Shown piece after piece: positions 38,401 through 54,300 of a stretch of DNA of 64,000 bases. The stretch's first letter is position 1. Each line of letters opens with the position of its first letter. The notes beneath the pieces are model-generated. The model did not search any database and was not told where the DNA came from. It saw only the letters and a list, made by a program, of their open reading frames with translations. A program made the translations under genes and the position numbers. Origin of the DNA: the human T2T-CHM13v2.0 reference genome, Homo sapiens; NCBI RefSeq assembly GCF_009914755.1, contig NC_060947.1, one strand, 5' to 3'.

Positions 38401-41400
38401 ACAAGAGAGACCAGTGGCAGATCCCAGGCATTCTAACCGTAGAGATTTCTGGCTGACCCCATGCATTCTAATAAAAGAGACTTCTGGCTGATCTCATGGA
38501 TTCTAGTGATAGGGACAATGGAAGACTTCAGGCATTCTAAGGATAGTGACACCTGACCGACTTCAAGCATTCTAACTGGAGAGACCCCTGCTGACCCCAG
38601 GCATTATAATGGTAGAAACTCCTGGCTTACTCCAGGTATTCTAATAATAGAGACACCTGTGTGATCTCAGGCATTCTAAGGACAGAGGCACCTGACCTAC
38701 TCCAGGAATTCTAAAGAGAGAGACTCTGAACCTACCCCAGGCATTCTAATGATAGGGATACCTGTGTGACCTCTGGCATTCTAAGGATAGAGGCACCTGG
38801 TCAACCCCAGGCATTCTAATGAAAGAGACTACTGGCCAACCCCAGGCATTATAACAATAAAGACTCCTGGTCAACCACAGGCATTCTAATGATAGAGGTA
38901 CCTGTGAGACCTCAGTTATTCTAAAAATAAGACAACTGGCCAATCCAAAGCATCCTAATGGGATCTGGCCAACCCCAGACATTCCAAAGGGGGAGACTTC
39001 TGGGACCCCAGGAATTCTAATGGGAGAGATTCCTGGTCGACCCCAGGCATTTCTAATGATAGAGACAGGTGGGCGACATTAAGCATTCTAACAGTGGAGA
39101 CAAACTGAGGCATTCTAACAGGAGACACACCTGGCCGACCCCAGGCATTTTAATGAAAGAGACTCTTGGCCTACCCCAGGCATTCTAGTGATAGAAACAC
39201 CTGTGTGATCTCAGGTATTCTAAGGAGAGAGACACCTGGTCAACCCAGACATTATAACGGGAGAGACCATGGGTCAATTGCAGGCATTCTAATGAGAGGA
39301 ACTTTTTGCCAACCCTGGCATTCTAATGTTAAAGATACCTTGGGGACGTCAGGCATTCTAAGGATAGAGACACCAGGCCCACTTCAGGCATTCTAATGGG
39401 AGATTCTTTTGTCAGAAACTAGGCATTCTAATGATAGAGACTTCTGGCTGACCCCACGCATTCTTATGACAGAGACAGCTGTGTGACCTGATACATTCTA
39501 AGAATAGAGACAACTGGCCAACCACAGGCATTCTAATGGGAGAGACTCCTGGCTGAACTTGGCATTCTAAGGGGAGAGTCTCCTGGAGAACCCCAGGCAT
39601 TCTAATGATGGGCACAACTGGACGACCTCAGGCATTCTAGGTAAAAAGGCACCTGTGTGACTTAATGCATTCTAAGAATAGAGATAACTGGCTTACCCCA
39701 GCATTCTAACAGTAGAGATTCCTGGCAAATCACAGCTATTCTAACGAAAGAGACTCCTGGCCGATCTCTGGCATTCCAATGATAGGGACACCTGGGCGAC
39801 TTCAGGCATTCTAAGGATAGAGAGACCTGGCTGACCCCAGAAATCCTAATGGTAGATACTCATTGCCTACCCTAGGCATTTTAATGAAAGAGACTCTTGG
39901 CCTACCCCAGGTATTCTAATGTTAGGGACACTTCTGCGACCATAGGCATTCAGAAAACAGAGACATCTGGCTGACCTCAGGCATTCTAATTGAAGAGACT
40001 CCTGGTCGACCCCAGGCATTTTAGCAGGACAGACTCCTGGCCTACCCAGGCATTCTAATGTGAGAGAAACCTTTGAAACCTCAGGTTTTCTAAGGATAGG
40101 GAAACCTCGCCCACTCCAAACATCCTAAAGGTAGAAAATTTTTGTGGAACCCAGGCATTCTAATGGGAGAGATTCCAGGTTTAACCCAGGCATTCTAATG
40201 ATAGAGACACCTGGGTGACATCAGGCATTCTAAAAGTAGAGACACCTGGTATAGGCTAGGCATTTTAATGGTAGATACTCCTGGCATACCCCAAGCATTC
40301 TAATGCAAGCGACTTCTGGCCTATCCCAGGCATTCTAATAATAGACACCTGTGTGAACTCAATCATTCTAAGAATAAAGACACCTGACTGACTTTAGGCA
40401 TTCTAGTGGTAGAGACTTCTAACTCCCCCAGGCATTCTAGTGATACAGAAAACTGGGCGACCTCAGGCATTTTAAGGATAGTGATATCTGGCCAACCCCA
40501 GGCATTCTAACAGGAGAGATTCCTGGATGAACTCAGATATTCGAATGATAGACTCCTGGCCTATTTCGAACACTAAAATGACAGAGAAACCTGTGGGAAT
40601 ATAGGTATTGCAAAGACAGACACACCTGGCTGATTCTAGGCATTTTAATGTGAGAGACTGCTGTCCGACCCCAGGCATTCTAACAGGAGACACTCCTGAC
40701 TGACTTCAGGCATTCTAATGATAGAGAAACCTGGGTAACATCAGGCCTTCTAACAATAGAGACATTTGGCCAACCCGAGCCATTCTAATGGGAGACTCCT
40801 GGCCAAATTCAGGCATTTTAATGATAGAGACCCCTGGTCTCTCCGAGGCATCGTAATGATAGAGACACCTGTGTGACCTAAGGCATTCTAAGTATAGAGA
40901 CTACTGGTCGATCCCAGGCATCGTAATGATAGAGACTGCTGGCTTATTTCAGGCTTTCTAATAATAGAGACACATGGCTGAAACAGGCATTCTAAGAGAA
41001 GAGACTCCTGGCCAACCCTAGGCATTCTAATGTTAGAGACTCCAGGACCACCCCAGGCATTCTAACGGGAGAGACAACTGCCCAAACAAAGGCATTCTAA
41101 TGATAGAGACTCCTGGCTGACCCCAGGCTTTCTAATGATAGAGACACCTGGGTGAACTCAGGCATAAAAAGGATAGAGACGCCTGGACGACCAGACATTT
41201 TAACAAAATAAACTCCTGGCTGAACCCAGGCATTCTTTTGATGGAGCCTCCTGGAGGACCGCAGGAATTTTAATGATAGATTAAACTTTGTGACCTCAAT
41301 CATTCTAAGGATAGAGGCACCTGTTAGACCCCAGGCATTCTAACAAGAGAGACTCCAGGACAACCCCAGGAAATCCAATGATAAAGACCCCCGGCCTAAC

Positions 41401-42493
41401 CCAGGAATTCTAATGATAGAGACACCAGTGAGAACTCTGGCATTTTAAGAATAGAGACACCTGGCCTACCTTAGGCATTCTAACAGGAGAGACTCCTGGC
41501 GGAACCTAGACATTGTAGCGGTAGAGAATCCAAGATGAACCCAAGCATTCTAAGGATAAAGACTTCTGGACGACCCTAGGCATTCTAATGATGAAGACAC
41601 CTGGGCAACCTAAGGCATTCTAATGATAGAGACACCTGGCGGACTCCAGGCATTCTAACTAGAGAGACTCCTGGCCACCCACAGGCATTCTAATAATAGA
41701 GTCACCTCGATGACATCAGACATTCTAAGGATTGACAACACCTGGTGTCCCCAGGTATTTTAATGCGAGACTCCTGATCAACCCAAAGATTTCTAATGAT
41801 AGAGATGCCTGGGCGACCTCAGGCAATCTAAGGATGGAGACACCTGACCGATGCCAGGCATTCTAAAGGGAGAGACACCTGGTCAACCTCAGGCATTCTA
41901 ATGATAGAGACTCCTGGCCTATCCCAGGCATTCTACTGATAGAGGCAACTGAGCAACCTCAGACATTCTAATTGTACAGACACCTGGTTGACCCAGGCTT
42001 TCTGATGAAAGAGACTCCTGGCCAACCCCAGGCATTCTAACTGGAGAGACTCCAGGACGACCACAGGCAATGTAGAGACATCAGGTCGAACCTAGGCATT
42101 CTAACAGGAGAGATTCCTGGGCGACCTCTGGAATTCTAATGATAAGAGACACCTATTGGACCTCAGGCATTCTAATGATAGAGACATCCATTCTAATAAT
42201 GGAAATACCTGTGCTACCTCATTCTAAGGGCTGAGGCATCTCGATGACCCCAGGCATTCTAACAAAGAGACACATGGGCAATCCCAGGCATTCTAATGAT
42301 AGAGACACCTGGTCGACCACAGGCCTTCTAATGGAAGAGATTCCGGGCTGACCATAGGCATTCTAAAAAGAGAGATTCCTGGGGACCCCATGCATTCAAA
42401 TGAAAGAAACTCCTCATAGAACCCAGGCATTAAAATGATAGAGACACTTGGGAGACGTGGGAGATATCAGACATTCTAAAAATAGACACACCT
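29463..42493. repeat. 35-bp satellite (HSAT4-type), block 1, about 370 units, with internal inversion 34167-36035
   Basis: Tandem unit CAGGCATTCTAA(GGGG/TGAT)AGAGACACCTGGCCGACC(T/C) with 35-bp spacing of GGCATTCT. The family name comes from recall of the 35-bp pericentromeric satellite. Confidence 0.9.
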
Positions 42494-43236
42494 AATTATT
42501 TTGAGATACGTCCCATCAATATCTAATTTATTGAGAGTTTTTAGCATGAAGGTTGTTGAATTTTGTCAAAGGCCTTTTCTGCATCTATTGAGATAATCAT
42601 ATGGTTTTTCTCATTGGTTCTGTTTATATGATGGATTATGTTTAGTGATTTGCGTATGTTGAACCAGCCTTACATCCCAGGGATGAAGCCCACTTGATCA
42701 TGGTTGATAAGCTTTTTGATGTGCTGCTGGATTCGGTTTGTCAGCATTTTATTAAGGATTTTTGTATCGATGTTCATCAGGGATATTGGTCTCAAATTCT
42801 CTTTTTCTGTGGTGTCTCTGCCAGGCTTTCATATCAGGATGAGGCTAGCCTCATAAAATAAGTTAGGAAGGATTCCCTCTTTTTCTATTGATTGGAATAG
42901 TTTCAGAAGGAATGGGAGCAGTTCCTCCTTGTACGTCTGGTAGAATTCGGCTGTGAATCCATCTGGTTCTGGACTTTTTTTGGTTGGTAAGCTATTAATT
43001 ATTGCCTCAATTTCAGTGCCTGTTATTGGCCTATTCAGAGATTCAACTTCTTCCTGGTTTAGTCTTGGGAGGGAGTATGTGTCCAGGAATTTATCCATTT
43101 CTTCTAAATTTTCTAGTTTATTTGCATAGAGGTGTTTATAGTATTCTCTGATGGTAGTTTGTATTTCTGTGGGATCAGTGGTGATATCCCCTTTACATTT
43201 CTTATTGCATCTATTTGATTCTTCTCTCTTTTCTTC
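42494..43236 (-). mobile_element. Inverted 5' segment (ORF2) of a twin-primed L1PA
   Basis: Minus ORF 42829-43098 ([26 protein letters not shown]...) is L1 ORF2. It corresponds to ~62168-62911 of the L1 later in this window. Confidence 0.93.
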
Positions 43237-45144
<1,908 letters not shown>

Positions 45145-45167
45145 TATATATATACATATATATATAA
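45145..45167. repeat. Short (TA)n tract at the L1/alpha junction
   Basis: TATATATATACATATATATATA. Confidence 0.85.
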
Positions 45168-48100
45168 AGAACTAGAAAGAAGCTATATGTGAAAATATTT
45201 TGTGATGTGTGGATTCGTCTCTGAATTTGAGTGGAGCCTGTGTCCAAATACACCATATTGGAAACACCCTTTTTGTAGAATATATATGAATGGACATTTC
45301 TGAGCTCATTGCAACCAATATTGAAATAAATGAATATACCATGATTAAAACGAGATACAAGAGTCTGTGAAAATACTTTGTGATATGTGGTTTTATATCA
45401 CAGAATGGAACCTGTATTTTCATTCACCAGGTTGGATACACTCTTCGTGTAGAGATTATGAAAAAACATTTTTGAGATTATTTAAGCTTATAATGGAAAA
45501 CCAAATATCCCATAATAAAAAAATAGAAACAAGCTATTTGTTAAAATGCTTTGTGGTGTGTGATACATCTCACAGAATGGAACCTGTGTTTTTATTCTCC
45601 AGGTTGGAGACACTTTTATTGCAGTATGTACAAATAGACATTTTCGAGACAATAGACTCCTGTAATGAAAAATGGAATATCAAGCAATAAAAACTACAAG
45701 CTATCCATGTAAATGCTTTGTAATGTGCGCGTTCATCTCACAGAATGGAACTTGCGTTTTGATTTACCAGGTTTCAACTCTATTTTTGCAGAATCTCTGA
45801 GTGGATATTTCTAAACCCATTGTGCCCTGTAGTGTAAAACAGAATATTCCACTATAAAAAGTGGAAACAAGCTATCTGTGAAAATGCTTTTTGGATTTTG
45901 GATTAATCTTAAAGAATGGAACTTATGTTTTCATTCGGCAGATTGGAAACAGTCTTTTTGTATAAACTATGAAGGGACACTTTTGAGCGCATTGAGGCCT
46001 ATAGTGAAAAACAGAATATCCTGTGATAAAAACTAGCAACAAGCTATTTGTGAAATAGCTTTGTGATGTGAGGGTGTTCTCATGAAATGTAGCCAGAGTT
46101 TTGATTCACCTGGTTGAAAATACTGTTTATCTAGAATTTACGAAAAACATTTCTGAGCCCTTTTAAGCCTATAGTGGAAAACCAAATATCAAATGATAAA
46201 AACCGGAAATGAGCTAAGGTCGGGAAAATGCTTTGTGTAGTGTGGATTCATCTCACAGAATGGAACCTGTGCTTATATTCACCGGGTTGGAAACACGCTT
46301 TTTGCAGAATCTACAAACGGAGATTTCTGAGTCTTTCTATATCTATAGTAGAAAAATGAATATCACCCGGTAAATACTAGAAACAAGCTATCTGTGAAAA
46401 TGGTTTGTGATGTGTAAATTCGTCTCAGGGAATAAAACCTGTGTTTTGATTCACCAAATTAGAAACTGTCTTTTTATAGAATATATAAAGGAATATTTCT
46501 CAACCCATTGAGGCCTATATTAAAAAACAAATACTCCGTGATAAAAAGTATAAAGAAGCTATCTGTCAAAATGCTTTGTGATGTGTGCATTCGTCTCAAA
46601 GAATGGAGACTTTGTGCCAATACTGAAAAACCAAATATCCCACAATAAATACTAGAAACATGCTGTCTGTGAAAATGCTTTATAACGTGTGGATTCATTT
46701 CACAGAATGAAACCTGTATTTTGATTCACCAGGTTGGAAACCTCTTTTTAGTAGCATGTATGATGGGATATTCCAGAGCCCATTGAGGGCAATAGTAAAA
46801 AACCTAATAACCCATGATAAAAACTAGAAATAAACTATGTGTGAAAATCCTTTGTGATTTGTGGATGCATCTCAGAGAACAGAACCTATGTTGTGATTCA
46901 CCAGGTTGGAAACACTCTTTTTTTAGATTCATTGAATGAACATTTCTGAGCCTATTAAAGCCTATAGTGAAACACGGAATATTCCTTGAAAGTTACTAAA
47001 ACAATTGAACCTGTGTTTTGATTCAGCCGATTAGAGACACCCTTTTGTAGAATGTATCAATGGACATTTCTGAGCCCATTGATGCCTAGGGTGGAAAACA
47101 GAATATCTCGTGATAAAAACTAGAAATAAGCTATGTGAGAAAATCCTTTGTGATGTGTGGTTCATCTCACAAAATAGAACCTTTGTTTTGACTAACCAGT
47201 TTGGAAACACTTTTTTTTTTTTTTTTCAGAATCTACAAACAGACATTCCTCGGCCAATTGACCTCTACAGTGAGAAACTGAATATCCTGTGATAAAAACT
47301 AGAATCAAGATATCTGTGAAAACGCTTTGTGATAAGTGAATTTATCTCACATAATAAAACTTTGTCTTGATCCACCAGGTCAGAAACCCTTTTATTGTAG
47401 AATCTATGAAAAAGGGTATTTCTGAGTTGATTGATGACTATAGTGAAAAACCGAATATGCTGTGATAAATACTAGCAACAAATTATCTGTGAAAATGATT
47501 TTCAATGTGTATGTTCTTCTCACAGAATGGAACCTATGTTTTGATTCACCTGGTTGGAAACACTATTTTTGAATTATCTAAGAAATGATATTTCTGAGTC
47601 AGTTGAGGCCTATAGTGAAAAACCAAAAATCCTGCAATAAATACTAGAAACAAGGTATCTTTAAAATGCTTAGTGATGAGTGGGTTCATCTCACAGAATG
47701 GAAACTCTGTTTTGATTTACCAGGTTGGAGACATTCTTCTTGTAGAATCTACCAAGAGACACTTCTGAGTTCTTTAACGTCTATAGTGAAAACCAAATAT
47801 CCCTGGGTATATACTAGAAACAACCTATCTGTGAAAATATTTTGCAGTTTGTGGATTCATCCCACAGTATGGAATCTGTGTTTTGATTCACCAGGTTGGA
47901 AGCACTCTTTTTTTAAAATGTATGAAGGGAAATTTCTGACTCTACTGACTCCTACAGTGAAAGACAAATTAACTTGAATAAATACTAGAAATAAAATATC
48001 TGTGAAAATGCTTTGCAATTTGTGGATTTATCTTACAGTATGGAACCTGTGTTTGGATTCACCAGGTTGGAAACACTCTTTTTGTGAAATCTACTAAGGG

Positions 48101-48309
48101 ACATTTCTGAGCGCGTTGAGGCCTATAGTGAAAAACCGAATATCCCACAATAAAAACTAGAAACAAGCTGTGAAAATGCTTTGTAATGTGTGGATTCGTC
48201 TCACGTAATGGAACCTGTGTTTTTATTCACTAGGATGGAAATCCTCCTTTTGTAGAATCTACGAAGAGAGGTCTCTGAGCCCATTGAGGCTTATAGTGAA
48301 AAACCAAAT
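45168..48309 (+). repeat. Monomeric alpha satellite block 2, about 18 monomers, opposite orientation to block 1
   Basis: Unit AAACTAGAAACAAGCTATCTGTGAAAATGCTTTGTGATGTGTGGATTCATCTCACAGAATGGAACC...GAGGCCTATAGTGAAAAACC. Confidence 0.96.
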
Positions 48310-51300
48310 GCCTGACACAGACATTCTAATGGAGAGTCTGTTGGCTGAAGCCAGGCATTCTAATTTTAGAGACAACAGTGCAACCTTCGTCATTCTAAAA
48401 ATATATCCACTTTGCTGACTCCAGGTATTCTTTTTTTTTTTTTTTCAGACGGAGTCTCTCTTTTGCCCAGGCTGCACAGCAGTGGCACTATCTCGGCTTA
48501 CTGCAAGCTCCACCTCCCGGGTTCATGCCATTCTCCTACCTCAGCCTCCTGAGTAACTGGGACTACAGGTGCCCACCACCACGCCTGCCTAATTTTTTTT
48601 TTTTTTGTATTTTTAATAGAGACAGGGTTTCACCGTGTTAGCCAGGATAGTCTCGGTCTCCTCATCTCGTGATCCGACCGCCTCGGCCTCCCAAAGTGCT
48701 GGGATTACAGGCTTGAGCCACCGTGCCCAGCCGCCAACTCCAGGTATTCTAACAAGAGAGACTCTTAGATCACCCCAGGCGTTCTAATGATAAGGACAGT
48801 TGGGAAACTTCAGGCCTTTTAAGGATAGAGACACCTGGCTGACCCAAAACATTCTAACAGGAGAGACTCTTATACAAAATTAGGCATTCTAATGAGAGAG
48901 AGTAATGGCTGACCCCAGGCATTCTACAGATAGAGAAACCACGGAGACATCAGGAATTCTAAGGATAAAGACAGGTGGGTGATCCCAGGCATTCTAATGG
49001 CAGAGACTCCTTGTTAAGCCCAGGCATTCTAATGATAGGGACTCCTGGCCTACCTTAGGCATTCTAATGATAGAGACACCTGTGTGACCTAAGGCATTTT
49101 TAAGGACAGAGACACCTGGCCAACCCCAGGCATTCTAATGGGAGAGACTTCTGGAGGACCTCAAGTAATCTAACAAAGGAGACTACTGGCTGACCCAAGG
49201 CCTTCTAATCATAGAGAATCCTGGCCAATCCCAGGCATTCTAATGATAGAGACACCTGTGGGACATAAGTCATTCTAAAAATAGAGACATCTGGCTGACC
49301 TCAGGCATTCTAATGATAGAGGCTCCTGGCCAAAACAAGGCAATCTAATGATAGAGATTTCCGGCCTATCCCAGGCATTCTACTGACAAAGACACTGGTG
49401 TGACTTCAATCATTCTAAAAGGAGAGACAGCTGGTTGACCCCAGGCATTCTAACGGAGGAGATACCTAGCTGACCCCAGGCATTCTAATGTTAGAGACTT
49501 CTGACTGTCACCAGGCATTCTAATAATAGAGACAACTGGGGGACTTCAGGCATTCTAAGGATAGAGGTATGTGGCTGACCCCAGGCATTCTAACAAAAGA
49601 GACTCCTGGCTGACCCCAGGCATTCTAACAGGGGAGACTCCTGGCCAACCCCAGGCTTTTTAACAGGAAAGACTACTGGCCTAACCCAGGCATTCTAATG
49701 ATAGAGATTCCTGGACTACCCCAGATATTCTAATAATAGATACACCTGGGTGAACTCATGCATTCTAATAATGAAATCACTAAGGCTAAATCAGGCATTC
49801 TAACAATAAAGACACCTGACTAACCCCAGGCATTCAAATGGAGAGACTCCTGACAGACCCCAGGCATTCTATTGATAGAGACTTCTGGCTGAAACCAGGC
49901 ATTCTAATGATAGACACCCCTGGGCAACCTCAGGCAATCTAGGGATAGAGTCACCTGGCTGACCCCAGGCATTCTAAAGAGAGAGACTCCTGTGTGACAC
50001 CAGGCATTATAATGATAGAGTCTCCTGGCCTACCAAAGGAATTCTAATGTTAGAGAAACCTGGGAAACCTCAGGCATTCTAAGGATTGAGACACCTCACC
50101 GAAACAGGCATTCTAATGGGAGAGATTCCTGGCTGACCCCACACATTATAATTGTAGAGACTCCTGGCTGACTTCAGGTATTCTAATGATAGAGACACCT
50201 GAGCAATCCCTGGCAGACACTAGGCTTTTTATTAATAGAGACTTCAAGCCTAGCTCAGGCATTCCAAAGATAGAGACACCTGTGCAACCTCAGGCATTCT
50301 AAAAATACAGACAGCTGGCCAATGTCACTCGTTTTATGATATAGACACTTGGCCTACCCAATTCATTCTAAGTATAAAGAAACCTTTTCAACCTCAGGCA
50401 TTCTACGGATAGAGACATCAGACCAATGACAGGCATTCTAACAGGAGAGACTCCTGGCCAACCTCAGGCATTCTAATGATAGAGACTCCTGGCCAACCCC
50501 AGGCATTCTAATGATAGAGACACCTGGGTGACCTCACCATTCTAAGGATGAAGACACCTGGCCAAACCCAGGCTTTCTAATGGGAGAGACTCCTAGCTGT
50601 CACCACGCATTCTAATAATAGAGACTCCTGGTCGACCCCAGGCATTCTAACAGAAGAGACTCCTTGTCAAGCCCAGGCATTCTAATGATAAAACTCTTAG
50701 CTGAACCAAAACATTCTAATGATAGAGACTCCTGGGCGACCTCAGGAAACCTAATGATAGAGACACCTGGCCACCAGCAGCACTCCAGCAAGAGACATCT
50801 GGCCAACCCAGAAATTCTGATGATAGAGACTTGTGGCCTATCCCAGGCATTCTAATGATGGAGACACCTGGGCGAGCTCAGGCATTTTAAGGATAGAGAC
50901 ACCTGCATAACCCAGGTTCTATAGCATGAGAGACTCTTGGCTGACCCCAGGCAATCTAGCAGGAGAGACTCCTTGCCAACACCAGGCATTCTAATGACAG
51001 AGAAACCTGTGTGACTGTGGGCATTCTAACAATAGAGACACCTGGCCAGCTGACACCTGACATTGTCATGGGAGAGAGTGCTGGCTGACCTGAGGCATTA
51101 TAATCATAGAGACACCAGGGTGACGTCATTATTCTAAAGACAGGGAAACCTGGCCAAGTTCAAGCATTCTAACGGGAGTGACTCCTGGCCTACCCTAGGC
51201 ATTCTAATGTGAGAGACACCTGTGTGAATTAAGGCATTCTAAGAATAGAGACTCCTGGCCAACCGCAGGCATTCTAACAGGAAAAACTCTTGGTTGACCC

Positions 51301-54300
51301 TAGGCATTCTAAAAAGAGAGGCTCCTGCTTGAACCTTGGCATTCTAATAATAGAGACATCTGGGGGACGTCAGGATTTCTAAGGATAGAGACACACAGCT
51401 GAGCCCAGGCATTCTAACAGAGAAATTCCTGGCTGACTTCAGGCATTCTAATGATAGGGGCTCCTGGATCACCCCAGGTATTCTAATGAAAGACACACGT
51501 GGAAAAGTTCAGGCATTCAAAAGATAAAGACATCTGGCCAACCCCAGGCATTCTAGCAGGAGAGTCTTCTGGACAACTACAGTCATTCTAATGATAGAGA
51601 AACTTGTGTGACCACAGGCATTCTGAGGATAAAGACACCTGGCCGACACCAGGCGTTCTAACAGGAGAGGCTCATGGCCGACCCCACCATTCTAAAAATA
51701 AAGACACCTGACTAACCCCAGGCATTCTAATGGGAGAGAATCCTGGCCGACCCCAGGATTCCTAATGATAGAGACTCCGGGACTTTCCCAGGCATTCTAA
51801 TGATGAACATTGGGGCCTCCTGAGGCATTCTAAAAAAAGAGACACCTGGAAGAACCATGCATTCTAACAGGAGAGACTCCTGCTGACCTCAGGCATTCTA
51901 ATGATACAGACACCTGGGCAACCTCAGACAGTCTAAGGATAGAGATACCTGGTCGACCCAAAGCATTCCAAGAGCAGAGACTCCTGCCCAAAACTAGGCA
52001 ATGTAACAAGAGAGACTAATCGCTGAGCCCAGGCATTCTAATTATAGAGACACCAGGGTGATATCAGGCATTCTAAAAGTAGAGACACCTGGACGATCTA
52101 AGGCTTTCTAACTGGAGAAAATCCTGGCCGACAACAGGCATCATAATATTAGAGACATGTGGCCTATTTCAGGCATTCTAATGTTAGAGACACCTGTGTG
52201 ACCTCATACATTCAAAGGATAGAGACATTTGGCCAACCCCAGGAATTCTAACAAAAAGACTCTTGGCCAATGCCAGCATTTCTAATGTTAGAGACTCATG
52301 GGCAACCCCAGGCATTCTAATGAGAGAGACTCCTGGGGGACCCCAGGCATTCTGTGGATAGAAACACCTGGCCAACCCCAGGCATTCTAATAAGAGAGAC
52401 TCCTGGTGTAATACAGGCTTTCTAATGACAGAGACTCCTGGCCTATCCCAGGCATTCTAATGATAGACACCTGGGCGACCACAAGCATTCTAAGTATGGT
52501 GACACTTGACTGATTTGAGGCATTCTAACAAAAAAGACTCCTGGTCGATCCCAGGCCTTCTGAAGTCAGAGACTCCTGGCCAAGCCCAGGCATTCTAATG
52601 ATAGAGATTACTGGCCTACCTCAGGAATTCTAATGATACAGACACCTTTCTGGCCTAGGGCATTTCAAAGATAAAGACACCTGACCAATTCCAGGCATTC
52701 TAACAAGAGAGATTCCTGCCTGAACAAGGTATTCTAATGGAAGTGACTCCCTGTTTACTCCAGGCCTTTTAATGATAGAGACTCCTGATGGATCCCTGGC
52801 ATTCTACTAATAGAGACACCTGTGCAACCTCAGCCATTCTAAGAAGACAGACACCTATCTGACCCAAGGCATTCTAATGGGAGAGACTCCTGGCCAAACT
52901 TAGGCATTCCAATGTTAGAGACTCCTGGCCAAGTGCAGGCATTCCAGTGATAGAGACCCCTGTGCAATCTCATGCATTCTAAGGACAGAGACACCTGGTC
53001 AACCTAAGGCATTTTAATGGGATAGGCTTCTGGCCAAAGCCAGGGGTTCTAATGATAGAAACACCTGTGTGACTTAATTCATTCTAAGGACAGAGACACC
53101 TAGCCAACCACAGGCATTCTAATGAGAAAGACAGCTGTTAGATCAAAGGTATTTTAATGGGAGAGACTCCTGGCCAATGCCAGGCATTCTAAAGACAGAG
53201 ACTCCTGGCTGACCCCAGGCATTCTTTTGATATAGACTACTGGCCGAACCCAGGCATTCTAAATATAAAGACACCTGGGCGACCTCAGACAATCTAAGGA
53301 TAGAGACACATAGCCAACCCCCGGCATCCTAACAAGAGACTCCTGGCAGATCCAGACATTCTAATAATAGAGACTTCTGTCCTACCCTAGGCATTCTAAT
53401 GATAGAGACACCTGGGTGATGTCAGGCATTCTAAGGACTGAAACACCTGCATGACCCTGGCTTTCTAACGGGACAGAATCTTGGCCAATCCCAGGCATTC
53501 CATTGGGAGAGACTCCTGGCCAACTCCAGGCATTCTAATGATAGATAAACTTGTGTAACCTCAGAAATTCCAAACGTAGAGACATCTGGTTGACCCCTGA
53601 CATTCGAATGTGAGACTCCTGGCCGACCTGAGGCACTCTAATGATAGAGTCTCCTGTTTGACCCTAGGCATTCTAATGATAGAGACACCAGGGCTACCTC
53701 ACCTTTATAAGAATAGAGAAACCTGGCCAACCAAAGCATTCTAACGGAATAAACTACTGGCTGACCCCAGGCATTCTTATGATAGAGACTTCTAGCCTAA
53801 GCCAGGCATTCTAATGATAGAGACACCTGTGTGACCTCAGGCATTTTTAAAATAAAGACACTTGGCTGACCACAGGCATTCTAACTGGAATGACTCCAGA
53901 CCGATCCCAGGTATTCTAATGATAGAGACTCATGTCCTATCCCATGAGTTGCAATGATAGAGACACCTGTGCCACCTCAGGCATTCTAAGGATAGAGACC
54001 CCTGGCCAACCCCAACCATTCTAATGGAACAAACTTCTGGCCAACCACAGGCATTCTAGCAGGAGAGACTCCTGGCCTGCCTCAGGAACTCTTATGTTAG
54101 AGACACCTCTTAGACCTCAGGCATTCTAAGGATAGAGACACCTCACCGACACAAGTCATCCTAATGGGAGAAATTCCTGGTGGACCTCAGGCACTCTAAT
54201 AGGAGAGACTCCTGGTTGAACCCAGGCATTCTATTGAGAAAGACATCTATATGACATCAGGCATTCTAAGGACACAGACACCTGGAATAGCCCAGGCATT

